Shown piece after piece: positions 39,981 to 50,847 of a stretch of 64,000 bases of DNA; the stretch's first letter is position 1, and each line of letters opens with the position of its first letter. This stretch comes from Nannocystis pusilla. Its GTDB lineage: Bacteria > Myxococcota_A > Polyangia > Nannocystales > Nannocystaceae. A program made the translations under genes and the position numbers. The stretch is taken from contig NZ_JAPNKE010000002.1 in NCBI RefSeq assembly GCF_026626665.1, forward strand, positions 3,437,168 to 3,501,167, read 5' to 3'. The notes below the pieces were generated by a model. That model was given only the letters and a program-made list of their open reading frames with translations, was not told the origin of the DNA and made no database searches.

Positions 39981-40860
39981 GTGCCCAGCGGCGCGTCCCT
40001 CTCGCTCGCCCGGTCGCCGTCGTCGGCGCCGGGTTCCTCGGCGCCCCCGTGGCCGCCGCGCTCGCGGCGACCGGGGGCGTCGGCGATCCGCCTGTCCTTG
40101 CGACCACGCGCTCCGGGACATGGCCGCAAGGACATGTCCCGGAAGGCATCGAGCTCCGCCCGCTCGACGTCGCCGCACTCGCCCCGGCCGACATCGCCGC
40201 GGTCCTCGCCGGCGTGCAGTCGCTGGTCGTCTGCTACGCCCCCGGCAAGCAGCAGGACCGCCGCGAGCTCTACGTCGAGGGCACCCGGCGCCTGCTCGCC
40301 GCCGCGGTCACCCTCCCGCTCACCCGCCTCGTCTACACCTCGTCCACCTCGGCCCTGCCCGACCGCGACGCGTGGCTCGACGACGACTGCCGCGAGTGGC
40401 CCGACGAGCCGCGAGGTCGCGTGCAGCGCGAGGCCGAGGGCTGGTGCGAGACACCTGCACGCGCCACGCAGTGCCATGGACGATCCTCCGCCTCGGCGGC
40501 CTCTACGGTCCGGGTCGCGAGCTGTTCCGCCTCTACCGCGGCGCCGGCGACGACGCAGTCCTCGCGGGCGACGGCATGCAGCCGACCAACCTCATCCATT
40601 GCGAGGACGCAGTGCAGGCCGTCCTCGCCGCCTTGACCCTCGCGCCGGACGAGCGCGGCGTCATCAACGTCGTCGACGACGACCACACCCCGCGGCGCGA
40701 GATCTTCGCTCGCCTCGCCGCCCTCGCCGGGCGACCGCCCCCGCGGTGGGAGCGGCCCGCGGGTCCGGCCGCGATCGGCAAGCGGGTCGGCAACGCGCGC
40801 CTGAAGACGCTGCTGCGCGTGGCCCTCCGGCATCCCTCTCACACCCCGGCGAGCCCCTGA
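39981..40860 (+). CDS. NAD(P)-binding Rossmann-fold epimerase/oxidoreductase-like protein; start unresolved, frame break ~40445, contains an in-frame 3-unit 14-bp repeat
   Basis: GxGxxG reads VAVVGAGFLGAPVAAAL (40010-40060). Later sequence is CYAPGKQQ...LVYTSSTS. The C-terminal ~135 aa (HAVPWTILRLGGLYGPGRE...) are in another frame. Bases 40100-40141 (tccGGGACATGGCC gcaaGGACATGTCC cggaAGGCATCgag) encode ...SGTWPQGHVPEGIE... Confidence 0.5.
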
Positions 40861-40880
40861 TCTTGCGTGCCTCGGGCGGG

Positions 40881-41798
40881 TGGTTCGAACCCTGAGCACG
40901 CCATGAACGTCGCCGCCGCCGTCACCCACCTCCTTCCTCTCCCGGCCGGTGGCGGCGTCGCCGCCCCCTTGATGTGGTGGAGCTCCAGACCGAGCTCGAC
41001 GTCCTCGCCGACGAGGCCCTGCGCGCGCGCCGCCAGGGCCTTTCTTTGTTGACCGCGGTCCGCGACCCGCGTTTCCCGGCGCTGCAGAGCTTCCACCAGG
41101 GCCTGCGCGACGCCCTCTTCCTCGAAATTCCGGAGGAGTTGGAGCCATGGGCGCGGCTCGCCGCCAACGGAGTCGGCAATCCGCCGCTGCAGCACATGCT
41201 CGTCGACTTCGCCCGCGGCGGCGACGACGACCGGCGCAGCGCCCTCCAGGCCGCGCTGGCGAAGCTGCTGGTGTTCGAGGCCATCCGTCTGCGCCTGTTC
41301 GTCACCGCGTTTCGGGGCGAGGAGTTCGAGGTCGTCGGCGGCGAAGAGTCCGACGTCGACGCGATCGCCTACACCGAGGTCGCGACGCTCCTCCATCACC
41401 CCGAGCTCGCCGATCCCGAAGTTCGCCCGCTGACCGTCCTGCTCGCGTCAGCCTCGGTGTCGCTCGCCCGCGACGCCCAGTCGCGCGCCGAGGAGCTGCG
41501 CGACACCGGCGAGGACACCCGCGAGGAGCTGCGCATGCGCGCCCGCCTCCGCGCCGCCCTCCGCGAGCTCCGCCTGCCCGAGGCCGTCCTGCTGGAGAAC
41601 GCCCTGGCCGCGCTCCTGGGCGAGGAGCGGCGCGAGCTCACCGAACTGCAGGCCGAGCGCCCGGTCGCCCTCGACGGCATGACGCGCCAGGCCATGGATC
41701 AGCGGGTCTCTCGCGGCCGGCGAGCGCTCGCCCATCCGCGCTCGACGTGGCCCCGCCGCCGCCGCCCGGCCCTGTTCGATCTGCTCCAGCGCGCCTGA
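40881..41798 (+). CDS. hypothetical protein (start uncertain, possible frame break ~40950)
   Basis: The 274-aa ORF 40974..41798 may be preceded by an ATG at 40881 in another frame. No recognisable domain. Confidence 0.35.
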
Positions 41799-42329
41799 GG
41801 GCTCGCCGCAGGAAAGCACGACGTCTCTGCCCCCGCGGCGCCTGGCTCTGCGTCGAATTCGAAGCAGGGGACCCACGATGAGGGTGAGCAAGCAGGCCCA
41901 ACAGCGGGCGAGCACCCCCGCATCGAACTACCTGGCGATCGCCAACGTGCTCACCACCGGCCGACGCTGACCCTCGCCCACCACAAGACGCTCACGGCGA
42001 GTTCAAGGCTCCCCGAGGCCCATGCGCGCCTCGCCTGACTGCGCCTGCTCCGTCGGAACCCGCGGCGCTCGAAGCCTCCTCCGCTCTGTCGGTTCGCGTC
42101 CGGCCGTGGCCCTCGCCGGTCGGCGCGCAGCGGAACATCGCCTGTCCTCCCGGGATCGCCACCGAGCAAGCGCGAACGGGACGCACCGTCGCGTACGTCG
42201 AGCGCCGCCCTTCGAGGTCCCTGGAGCCGCGGCTTCGGAGGCGCGGCGTGCGTGCGAGGTCGACGTCACGGATCTCGCCTCGCGAACGGGTTCACTGCGG
42301 GCGCGACCCTGGTATGCTCCGCGCCCGCC

Positions 42330-42866
42330 ATGGCCGCCCCACCCGAACCCACACGCGGACCGCGGATCGCCCTCGCAGCGGTGATCGCAGGTCTCAGCCT
42401 CGGCCTCGACCTTTGGAGCAAGGCGTGGGTCTGGAACAACCTGCGAGACCAGGCCGCCTGGAAGGTCAGCGACAAGCTGCTGCACTTCGACTTCGCCTGC
42501 AATCCCGGCTCTGCCTTCGGGTTCCTCAACGACGTCGACTGGGCGCGCTACTTCTTCATCGTCATCACCCTGGCCGCGGTCGGCTACCTCGTCCACCTCG
42601 CGCGGACCTTGCCGACCACCAGCCGGGCCGCCTTCATCGCCATCGGTCTGATCGCCGGCGGCGCCCTCGGCAACCTCCACGACCGCCTGGTCCGGGTCTA
42701 CGCCGGCGACTACTGCGTGGTCGACTTCATCGTCGTCTACCTGTGGGGCGGCAAGACCTGGCCGGCCTTCAACATCGCCGACGCCGTCCTGGTCGCAGGG
42801 GTGCTCCTGTTCCTGCTCGTGCTGCCGCGCACCGAAGCCGCCGCCGACCATCGGCCCTCCGCCTGA
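42330..42866 (+). CDS. lspA: lipoprotein signal peptidase II
   Basis: LspA blocks are NPGSAFGFL, GGALGNLHDRL and FNIADAVL (with the catalytic Asp residues). Confidence 0.85.
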   Translation: MAAPPEPTRGPRIALAAVIAGLSLGLDLWSKAWVWNNLRDQAAWKVSDKLLHFDFACNPGSAFGFLNDVDWARYFFIVITLAAVGYLVHLARTLPTTSRAAFIAIGLIAGGALGNLHDRLVRVYAGDYCVVDFIVVYLWGGKTWPAFNIADAVLVAGVLLFLLVLPRTEAAADHRPSA

Positions 42867-43290
42867 GCCTCGTACTGCCGCGACTTGCGGCACCTGACAA
42901 TGCCGTATCGCCCCACGGCCGCGGGCCTGCGTGCCGCCTATGGTGACGCATCGCCAGTCGCGCCGCGCCACGACGTCCCCACCCGTCGGACCTCGTGCTG
43001 CCACCTTGAGGCGCCGACCCTCCGCCCTCCGCCCTGCCGCGCCTCGACGTCCCCACCCCTCGGGACCTCGTGCTGCCGCGCACCGACGGTCGGATGTCGC
43101 GCTCAGCGGTCGTGCTCAGCCCCTCGAACCGCGAATCCTGGATCCGTCAGCGCGCGCAGCGGCGACCGCGCCACCTACCCGCAACCCTTCTCGGCTGCCC
43201 TTCCGACCGTCTCTGCGGCCCGCGGAGCAGCGGCGGCTGCGCTTGCTCGCCCTGGTGCCTCGGGTACACTGGCCAGGTTTTCGGCCCTAC

Positions 43291-43830
43291 ATGAGCGACA
43301 CGCCAGCATCGAACCGGCTCCGGCCGATCCTCGTCACCGCGTCCGCAGCCGCGGTGTTTCTGATCCTCGATCTCGTGACCAAGAGCTGGGCCTGGGACAA
43401 CCTCCGGCCGCCGAACCGGCAGATTGCCGCGATCGGCAACTGGTTCCACTGGTCCTACAGCTTCAACACCGGCTCCGCCTTCGGCTTCCTGCGCGGCCAG
43501 GACTTCTCGCGGCCCCTGTTCATCGTCGTCACCCTGGTGACGGTCGTCTACATGGCCGCCCTCGTCCGCAAGCTGCCGACCGACCGCCTCTACGGCTTCT
43601 TCGCCATCGGCTGCATCATCGGCGGCGCCCTCGGCAACATGCACGACCGCCTGCTGCGCCAGGACACCGACTTCCACGGCAACCTCACCCACGGCGTGGT
43701 CGACTTCATCCGCGTGTGCTCCCCGTGGAACCCTCGCGGTCTGTGCTGGCCGAACTTCAACGTCGCCGACATCGCCCTCGTCATCGGCGTCCTGTTGCTC
43801 ATCCCGTACTTGATGTTTCACGCACAACCG
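43291..43830 (+). CDS. lspA: lipoprotein signal peptidase II, second tandem paralog (C-terminal end uncertain)
   Basis: The same blocks are present: NTGSAFGFL, GGALGNMHDRL and FNVADIAL. The ORF runs on without a stop in GC-rich DNA, and the true stop is probably near 43830. A candidate promoter (TTGCTC, 16 bp, TACACT) lies at 43243-43270. Confidence 0.7.
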
Positions 43831-44024
43831 CCTGAAACCAAAGAGAATACGCCCGAGGCGAAGCCCGCCCCTGAGCCGCGACCAAGCTCTATCTTCGGAG
43901 GCCAGCCAGGCTCGATTCATGCCCTGGGCCCCCGACCCTGGACCTCGCGCCCCATTCCGCGGCAAGCCCCCTCTGAGCCGAGACGCGCCCGACGCCTCCA
44001 CGCAAGGCCCCCTCCTCGGCCGCT

Positions 44025-44100
44025 GCCCGGCAAGCGCCCCTCGGCCCGCCTGCCCGGCAAGCGCCCCTCGGCCCGCCTGCCCGGCAAGCGCCCCTCGGCC
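44025..44100. repeat. 3 x 27-bp perfect tandem repeat (CCCGGCAAGCGCCCCTCGGCCCGCCTG)
   Basis: Seen directly in the ~420-bp region between the convergent lspA paralog and pabB-like genes. Confidence 0.85.
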
Positions 44101-44254
44101 CAAGCTTCTTGCGCGCTTCGTCGCAAAACCGGGTCAGCGGCCCAGAGGGCCCGCCTGCGCGACGCGATCAGGCTCCCGCGCTTCCTGGCGCGCCGTCGCC
44201 CGCGTTTTTCGCCCTGTCTTCCAAGCAGCTCACCGGGCTGCCGAAGCCTGCCGC

Positions 44255-45520
44255 TCAGGACCGCTCGAACGCGCGCACTTTGTCCCAGCACTCGCGGCGT
44301 TCGGCCTCCGGGTCGGAGTCGGTCACGATCCCCCCGCCGCTCTGCAGCCACAGCCCGGCTGCGTCGGCCACTCCGGTGCGGATCGGGATGCTGCAGCGCA
44401 GCCCGTCGGGCAGCAGCGCCACGATCGCCCCGCAGTAGATCCCGCGAGCGCGCTGCTCGAGCCGCTCGATGTGTTCGGCCGTGCGTCGCTTGGGGGCTCC
44501 CGTCACGCTCCCGCCCGGGAATACCGCGGCCATCACCTCCGCCAGCGTCCATCCCTCGCGCAGCGTGCAGCGGACCTCCGACACCAGGTGATGCACCGTC
44601 GGCAGCGTCACCAGCTCGGGCCGGGCCGGCGCGCGGACCGAACCCGGGCGCGCGAGCCGGCCCAGGTCGTTGCGCACAAGATCAACGATCATCACATGTT
44701 CAGCGAGATCTTTGATGCTCCGCTGCAACTCTTCCTGAGCCGCCCGATCGCTCCCGGGATCGGCCCCTCGCGGGCGCGTCCCCTTGATCGGCCACGAGCG
44801 CGCCAGGTCGCCCCCGTCTTCTCCCGCCCCCAGCTCGATCGCCAGCAGCGTCTCCGGCGAATTGGAGATCGCCCAGCGCCCGCACGGCCGCCCGGGCTCG
44901 ATCGCCAGCAGGCCGCCCATGCTCGCCGGCGTCGCCGCCTGCACCGCCGCGTACACGGCCGCCGCCCTGGCCGCCACCGGCCGACTCGCCCATTCCGGCA
45001 GCCACCTGGCCACGAACGGCTGCGTCAGGTTGATCTGGTACGTCTCCCCGGCCGCGATGAACTCCTGCGCCCGGCGCACGCGCCCCCGGTAGTCCTCGGC
45101 AGCGACCAGCGCCTCGACCGGACCGAGCGGCCAGTCCTGTCCCCAAGGCCAGGTAGCGGTCGCCAGCCGCGCCAGCAGCTCCGCCCCCGCGCAAGCGTCC
45201 CCGTGGATCCGTTCGCGCGCCCCGAGCTCGAGCGCCGCCCGGTAGCGGCGGAGCACCAGCCCCGGCAAGCTCGCCGTCGTCGGCGGGCGGCCGAGCAGCG
45301 CCGCAGTGCCGACCTCGTACGTCAGCCAACCGAACCACGGCAGCGTCGGCTCGGCCCGCCAGAGCGCCTCGATCGTCGGCAACGCCGACAGGTCGTCGGC
45401 CACCACCTCGAGGTCGGGCTCGAGCGCCACGAACCCTCGCCCCGCCCCACCGTCGAGCCACGCCAGCGCGCCGCCCGGCTCCGACGCGGCCAGCGCCGCG
45501 ATCTGGCGCGCCCGGCTCAC
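44255..45520 (-). CDS. pabB: chorismate-binding enzyme, aminodeoxychorismate synthase component I / anthranilate synthase component I family
   Basis: A 421-aa minus-strand ORF with chorismate-binding segments AGETYQINL, KGTRPRG...LVTLPTVHHLVSEVRCTL and SVTGAPKRRTAEHIERLEQRARGIYCGAIV. GTG start. Confidence 0.75.
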   Translation of the reverse strand: MSRARQIAALAASEPGGALAWLDGGAGRGFVALEPDLEVVADDLSALPTIEALWRAEPTLPWFGWLTYEVGTAALLGRPPTTASLPGLVLRRYRAALELGARERIHGDACAGAELLARLATATWPWGQDWPLGPVEALVAAEDYRGRVRRAQEFIAAGETYQINLTQPFVARWLPEWASRPVAARAAAVYAAVQAATPASMGGLLAIEPGRPCGRWAISNSPETLLAIELGAGEDGGDLARSWPIKGTRPRGADPGSDRAAQEELQRSIKDLAEHVMIVDLVRNDLGRLARPGSVRAPARPELVTLPTVHHLVSEVRCTLREGWTLAEVMAAVFPGGSVTGAPKRRTAEHIERLEQRARGIYCGAIVALLPDGLRCSIPIRTGVADAAGLWLQSGGGIVTDSDPEAERRECWDKVRAFERS

Positions 45521-46116
45521 TCGGCGTTCTTCTGCGCCAGCGCCTCGCGGAAGCCGAACGTGTAGTCGACCGCGCTCTTGATCGACACGAACACCGACAG
45601 CCCGAGCAGCACCAGGCCGACGCGATGGAAGTCGAGCGCTTCCTCGATGCCCGGCAGGCGGTAGCGGAAGTGCATCAGCAGGAACGAGATGCCCGTCAGC
45701 TGGAACGCCGTCTTCGCCTTACCACCGGCGCTGGCAGCGATGATGATGTTCTCCGAGCTGGCGAGCGAGCGCAGGCCGTTGATGTAGAACTCGCGGGTCA
45801 GCAGCAGCACCACCAGCCAGGCGGGCGCGCGGTCGTCCATCACCAGATAGATGAGCACCGCCGCCACCATGATCTTGTCGGCGAGCGGATCGACGAACTT
45901 GCCGAACACCGTCACCAGGCCGGAGCGGCGGGCCAGCCAGCCGTCGATCAGGTCGAGCAGCGACGCGACCGTGAACAGCAGCGACGCGAGCACGCAGCGC
46001 CACGGATCGGTCTTGTCGATCAGCATGAGCACCGGCGGGATGAGGAACACCCGGCCGATGGTGATCATGTTGGGGAGATTCAGGATCTCCCGGCGGAAGC
46101 CTTCGTACCTCTTCAC
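45517..46116 (-). CDS. pgsA: CDP-diacylglycerol--glycerol-3-phosphate 3-phosphatidyltransferase
   Basis: The CDP-alcohol phosphatidyltransferase motif is DLIDGWLARR....G...D...D (DPLADKIMV). The N-terminus LNLPNMITIGRVFLIP is PgsA-like. The exact start (GTG 46116 or an internal ATG) is uncertain. Confidence 0.75.
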   Translation of the reverse strand: MKRYEGFRREILNLPNMITIGRVFLIPPVLMLIDKTDPWRCVLASLLFTVASLLDLIDGWLARRSGLVTVFGKFVDPLADKIMVAAVLIYLVMDDRAPAWLVVLLLTREFYINGLRSLASSENIIIAASAGGKAKTAFQLTGISFLLMHFRYRLPGIEEALDFHRVGLVLLGLSVFVSIKSAVDYTFGFREALAQKNAE

Positions 46117-46194
46117 AGAAAGCCGCGGGAGCCTACCGCGAAGCTCGGGCCAGGTCCAAGACAAGACGCGAGGTCTTGCGAGATCGGCGGCGGC

Positions 46195-46937
46195 TCACGG
46201 TCCGGCGATCGCCCGCGCGGGGCTCGCCCCGCCGGCCCCGTCCTGAAGCAGCCGCTCGTACGCATAGAACCGGCGCAGGACCGCCTTCACGTACGCACGC
46301 ACCCCCGGGTGTGGCGGTACCCCGCCGTACTTCTGCACCGCGCCGGCCCCCGAGAAATAACCGGCCGCCACCAGCACCATGTCGCCGCCGAACCGGTTGG
46401 CCAGGAGGCGCAGGAACTTGGCCCCGCCGTAGATGCTCTGGCGCGGCTCGAACGGCTGCTGGACCCCGAGGAAGCGCGCAGTCGACGGCATCAGCTGCAT
46501 CAGCCCCATCGCCCCGGTGCTGCTGACCGCCCGGGATAGTAGTTGCTCTCGGTGTGAATCACCGCGCGCACCAGCGACTCCGGCAGCTGATACAGCCGCG
46601 CCGCCCCGCGGATGTGCGTCTCCCAGCGGCGCGAGCGTTCGTCGGCCAGCGCCTCTGCGACCTCGACCTGCGGATCTCGGCGCGGCGCCGATGGTTCCGC
46701 CTCGGCCGCCGCCGTCTTCGGCGCCCCGCCTTCGCCGCCGCTGCCCGGCATCTCCTCGACCTCGCGCCGTCCCGCGCCGACAGCGCGCACCGGCGTCACG
46801 TGGACCACCCCCTGCGCGTCCGTGTAGCGGCGGTAGCTCGGCTCGGCCGCGCCGACCGGCCCCGGATGCGCGCTCAAAATCGCCGCCAGCACCGCCGCGC
46901 AGGCGCCCTGCACCTGCCAGGCCTGCCGCCGCGACAT
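46195..46937 (-). CDS. lytic transglycosylase (SLT domain) with signal peptide; frame break ~46515
   Basis: The SLT catalytic motif ...AVIHTESNY / GAMGLMQLMPSTARFLG is split between minus ORFs 46500..46955 and 46195..46509. Confidence 0.7.
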
Positions 46938-47026
46938 GGGCCGTTCTGCTCCCACGGGCCCAGCCTATCGCCGCGGCGGACCCTTGTCGACCGGCCCCGC
47001 CGCTCTGCTACTTTCGCCCCAGCACC

Positions 47027-48640
47027 ATGATTGCCAGCACGCCGATCCACCACGCGCGCTACCTCGTGCTCGGCAGCGGGCTCGCGGGCCTCTACTTCGC
47101 CCTCGAGGTCGCGGATCGCGGGCCGGTGGTGATCCTCACCAAGCACCGCGCCGAGTCCAGCAACACCCGCTGGGCCCAGGGCGGGATCTCGGCCGTGTTC
47201 GCGGGCGACGACTCGCTCGAGGAGCACATCGAGGACACGCTGACCGTCGGCGCCGGCCTGTGCAACCGTGACATGGTCACCTACGCCGTCCAGCGCGGGC
47301 CCACCCTCGTGAGGCGCCTGGCCGAGCGCTACGGCGTCCACTTCGACCGCGTCGGCGGCGACGAGCACGCCCCCTTCGAGCTCGGGCGGGAGGGCGGCCA
47401 CTCGCGCCGCCGCGTGGTGCATCACCGCGACACCACCGGCTACGAGATCGAGCGCGCCCTGCTGGCGGCCGCGCACGCCCACCCGAACATCACGATCCAC
47501 GAGCACCACACCGTCATCGACCTCCTGAGCTGGACCAAGGTCGACGGCAGCCGCGGCTGCTTCGGCGTGTATGCCCTCAACAACGCCGCCGATCGCGTCG
47601 AGGCTTTCGTCGCCCCGATCACGGTCCTCGCCACCGGCGAGGCCGGCCGCGTTTACCGCTATACGACCAACCCGGCGGTCGCCACCGCCGACGGCGTCGC
47701 GGTCGCCTACCGGATCGGCGCCTCGGTCGGCAACCTCGAGTTCATGCAGTTCCACCCGACCTGCCTGCACCACCCCGACGCCAACACCTTCTTGATCTCC
47801 GAGGCGCTGCGCGGCGAGGGCGGCATCCTGCGGCGGGCCGACGGCAGCGACCTCATGGCCGAGCGGCACCCGATGGGCTCGCTCGCCCCGCGCGACGTGG
47901 TCGCCCGCGAGATCGACGCCGAGCTCAAGCGGTCGGGCGAGCGCTGCGTGTTCCTCGACATGACGCACCTCGATCCCGACTACGTGGTCAGCCGCTTCCC
48001 GGCGATCCACGCCCGCTGCATGTCGGTCGGCATCGACATGCGCAAGGACCCGATCCCCGTGGTCCCCGCGGCCCACTACATGTGCGGCGGCATCGTCGTC
48101 GATCGCCACGGCCGCACCGACGTCCCCGGGCTGATGGCGATCGGCGAGGTCGCCATGAGCGGCCTCCACGGCGCCTGCCGCCTGGCCTCCAACAGTCTGC
48201 TCGAGGCGGTCGTCCTCGCCGACGGCGCCGCTCAGGCCTGCGACGACTTCGGCCGCGGCCCGCCCGACCACGTCAGCCCGTGGAACGAGGGCGCCGCGCG
48301 CGAGTCGGACGAGGCGGTCATGGTCTCGGCCAACTGGGAAGAGGTGCGCGCCGCCATGTGGAACTTCGTCGGCATCGTCCGCTCGGACAAGCGGCTCGAG
48401 CGCGGGCGGCGGCGGCTCGACCTCATCCGCGAGGAGATCCTCGAGTACTACTGGAAATTCCGCGTCACCCGCGACGTGCTCGAGCTGCGCAACATCTCTC
48501 TGGTCGGCAGCCTCATCATCGAGTGCGCCCGCCAGCGCAAGGAGTCGCGCGGCCTCCACTACACGATCGACTACCCGACCACGCGCGACGAGTACGCGCA
48601 CGACATCATCCTCGACAAGCGCAGCGGGCCCAAGGCCTGA
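47027..48640 (+). CDS. nadB: L-aspartate oxidase
   Basis: The FAD fold is VLGSGLAGLYFAL, with RWAQGGISAV. Further NadB segments are HYMCGGIVVD and HGACRLASNSLLEAVV. The 538 aa are intact. Confidence 0.9.
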   Translation: MIASTPIHHARYLVLGSGLAGLYFALEVADRGPVVILTKHRAESSNTRWAQGGISAVFAGDDSLEEHIEDTLTVGAGLCNRDMVTYAVQRGPTLVRRLAERYGVHFDRVGGDEHAPFELGREGGHSRRRVVHHRDTTGYEIERALLAAAHAHPNITIHEHHTVIDLLSWTKVDGSRGCFGVYALNNAADRVEAFVAPITVLATGEAGRVYRYTTNPAVATADGVAVAYRIGASVGNLEFMQFHPTCLHHPDANTFLISEALRGEGGILRRADGSDLMAERHPMGSLAPRDVVAREIDAELKRSGERCVFLDMTHLDPDYVVSRFPAIHARCMSVGIDMRKDPIPVVPAAHYMCGGIVVDRHGRTDVPGLMAIGEVAMSGLHGACRLASNSLLEAVVLADGAAQACDDFGRGPPDHVSPWNEGAARESDEAVMVSANWEEVRAAMWNFVGIVRSDKRLERGRRRLDLIREEILEYYWKFRVTRDVLELRNISLVGSLIIECARQRKESRGLHYTIDYPTTRDEYAHDIILDKRSGPKA

Positions 48641-48655
48641 GCCGACCTGGCCTTT

Positions 48656-49353
48656 GTGACAGGAATCCATCGAGCCTTGCCCACGCTCCGCGCACCCGGC
48701 ATTCGGCGGCCCGTACGTCGCCGCTCGTCCTTGTTGCTCGTCGGTCTGCTGCTGCTGGCCTGTCGCGGCGGTGGCGGCGCGCGCAGCCCCGAAGCGTTGC
48801 GCGACGCCTATGCCCGCGCTCTGGCCGCCGACGATCCGGCCGCTGCGTACGCCCTGCTCAGCCCGAGCTGCGCGCCGCGACCTCGAAGGAGGCGTTCACG
48901 GCGCGCTGGAAAGCGCAGGCAGCCGAGCGCTCGGCGGCCAAGGCCGCGCTCGACACGCTGCCGCCGGCGCTCAAGACGCCGATGCGGGGCGGCGAGACCA
49001 TCCACGACGGCGCCGTCCTCGCCTGGGCGCAGGTCGGCGGTCATTACCAGATCGTGACCGGCCTGCCGGGCTTGCCGGACCTCTCGACCCCGGCCAGCGC
49101 GATTCGGGCCTTTTTGACCGCCGTCCGGCGGGCCGATCTCGGCGCGCTTTCCGCGCTGCTCGCAGACGATCTCTCTTCGCGCCTCCGCGACGACTGGAAC
49201 CGCCGCGCCGACCTTCTGGAGCAACTCCTGAAGCAACCTGGGGCAATTGAGTTCACGCCGGGGATGGAACGCGCGATCCTGCGCTACGAGCCCGGGCGCG
49301 CCCTGACGCTCGAGCAGACTCCTCAGGGATGGCGGATCGTGGCCCTGCAGTGA
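48656..49353 (+). CDS. hypothetical lipoprotein; frame break ~48860
   Basis: Signal plus lipobox is LLLVGLLLLAC. The rest of the protein continues in the frame of ORF 48082..49353 (SKEAFTARWKAQAAERSAAKAALDTLPPALKTP...). Confidence 0.5.
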
Positions 49354-49814
49354 GATATGCCAGGTTCACACCGTTCTTTTCACTGGACGCGCCTTACCCG
49401 GCTGCTATCTACTTTGCCCGACAGGCGGGCAAACCCGCTCGTCCGGGGTGGCCACAATCGTAGCCACCTGCAGTAGCCACCTGACTGCTGGCCTCGCGAT
49501 GGCCGGCAAGTGGCCGACCGGTGTCCGGGCGGCCGTCCGAATTCCGACCCCCTTGGCTTGTCGCTGCTTCTTCGCCCTTTCCGCCGCGCCATCCACAGGC
49601 GGCGCCGTCACCCGCAGGATCGCCCCGATCGGCCCCCTGGGCCTTTTTTCCGCTAAGGAGCACCCTGCGCCGACGCGCCGAGCCCGACTGCACCGGGCCC
49701 AACTGTCCCGAACTACCCTGAAGGTGGGGAAATCGTCCCCACGACGCCCGTCGACGAGTCGGCGGCACAAGAGGTGCAGAGGGGCGCGCGCAAACGCCTG
49801 GAGACGAACTGCCG

Positions 49815-50306
49815 ATGCAACCCCGATTCAACGTTGGTGAGAAGGCCGTTTACCCGACTCACGGTGTCGCCGAGGTCATGGCCCTCGAGACGAAAATCAT
49901 CGAGTCGCGCCCCTTCCAGTTCTATCACCTGCGCGTCCTCGGCTCCGGCCTGAAGATCATCGTGCCGGTGGCCAAGGCCGAAGAGAACGGCATGCGTCCC
50001 CTCGCCGACGGCGAGATGATCGACGAGCTCTACGATCTGCTGCGCGACCACGAGGTCCCGTGCGATCGCCAGACCTGGAACCGGCGCTACCGCGGCTTCA
50101 TGGAGAAGATCCGCACGGGTTCGCTGTTCGAGGTCGGCGAGGTGTACCGCGATCTGAGCCTCCTCAAGCACACCAAGAACCTCTCGCACGGCGAGCGGCA
50201 GATGCTGCAGACCGCCCGGAACCTGGTCATTCGTGAGCTCTCGACCGTCCGCAACGAGCCCGAGTCCGCGATCGCCGCCGAGCTGGACTCGATGCTGCAG
50301 GCTTGA
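49815..50306 (+). CDS. CarD/CdnL-family RNA-polymerase-binding transcription factor
   Basis: FNVGEKAVYPTHGVAEVMALETKII is the CarD N-terminal RNAP-interacting (Tudor-like) domain. The C-terminal helical domain follows. 163 aa, intact. Confidence 0.85.
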   Translation: MQPRFNVGEKAVYPTHGVAEVMALETKIIESRPFQFYHLRVLGSGLKIIVPVAKAEENGMRPLADGEMIDELYDLLRDHEVPCDRQTWNRRYRGFMEKIRTGSLFEVGEVYRDLSLLKHTKNLSHGERQMLQTARNLVIRELSTVRNEPESAIAAELDSMLQA

Positions 50307-50319
50307 GTAAGGTCCGCGC

Positions 50320-50847
50320 GTGGCCACCGACATCAATGAGTCCGTCGAGATCCAGATCTCGACCTTGCCCTGGGAGCAGATCGCGGTCGACGCCTTCGTC
50401 TGTCCGACCAACTCCGAGGGCGTGATGAGTCACTTCCCGGCCAACAAGATCCGCGACCTCGCCGGTCGCGAGATCGAGGCGATGGTGAAGGAGCACACCC
50501 CGCTGGCGATCGGCGCCGCGTTCGTGACGCCGGCCGGCAAGATGAAGGCGAAGTACCTCATCCACGTGCCCAACACCGATCGCCCCGGCGGCCGCGTCCA
50601 GGTCGAGGACGTCCTGCGCGCGACCGCGGCCGTGCTGGTGGCCTGCAAGGTCAAGGGCTTCACGAGCGTCGCCGTCCCGTTGATGGGTGCGTTTGAACTC
50701 GGGATCCCGGCCGAGGAAGCGGCTCGCGCGATCCACAGCGAGCTCAAGGTCTACCGCGGCGACCGCCCGCTCCGCGCCTTCCTCATGGCCAAGGACGCCG
50801 ACGACGTCGAGGTGTTCGAGCTGGCCATGGAAGGGAACATCCCGTAA
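50320..50847 (+). CDS. Macro-domain (ADP-ribose binding/processing) protein
   Basis: Macro-domain segments are DAFVCPTNSEGVMS, IGAAFVTPAGKMKAKYLIHVP and FTSVAVPLMGAFELGIP. GTG start. Confidence 0.8.
   Translation: MATDINESVEIQISTLPWEQIAVDAFVCPTNSEGVMSHFPANKIRDLAGREIEAMVKEHTPLAIGAAFVTPAGKMKAKYLIHVPNTDRPGGRVQVEDVLRATAAVLVACKVKGFTSVAVPLMGAFELGIPAEEAARAIHSELKVYRGDRPLRAFLMAKDADDVEVFELAMEGNIP

Noticed and set aside
40870-40900. GGTGGTTCGAACCC resembling a tRNA T-arm
   Set aside because: No complementary T-stem, acceptor stem or anticodon arm could be built around it. It is most likely a chance match.
42330-43830. Tandem lspA paralogs as antibiotic (myxovirescin/globomycin-type) self-resistance genes tied to the HMGS cassette
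   Set aside because: The two loci are 15 kb apart with housekeeping genes (pabB-like, pgsA, nadB) between them. Adjacent lspA1/lspA2 is the normal chromosomal arrangement in Myxococcus, so there is no evidence for a resistance role here.
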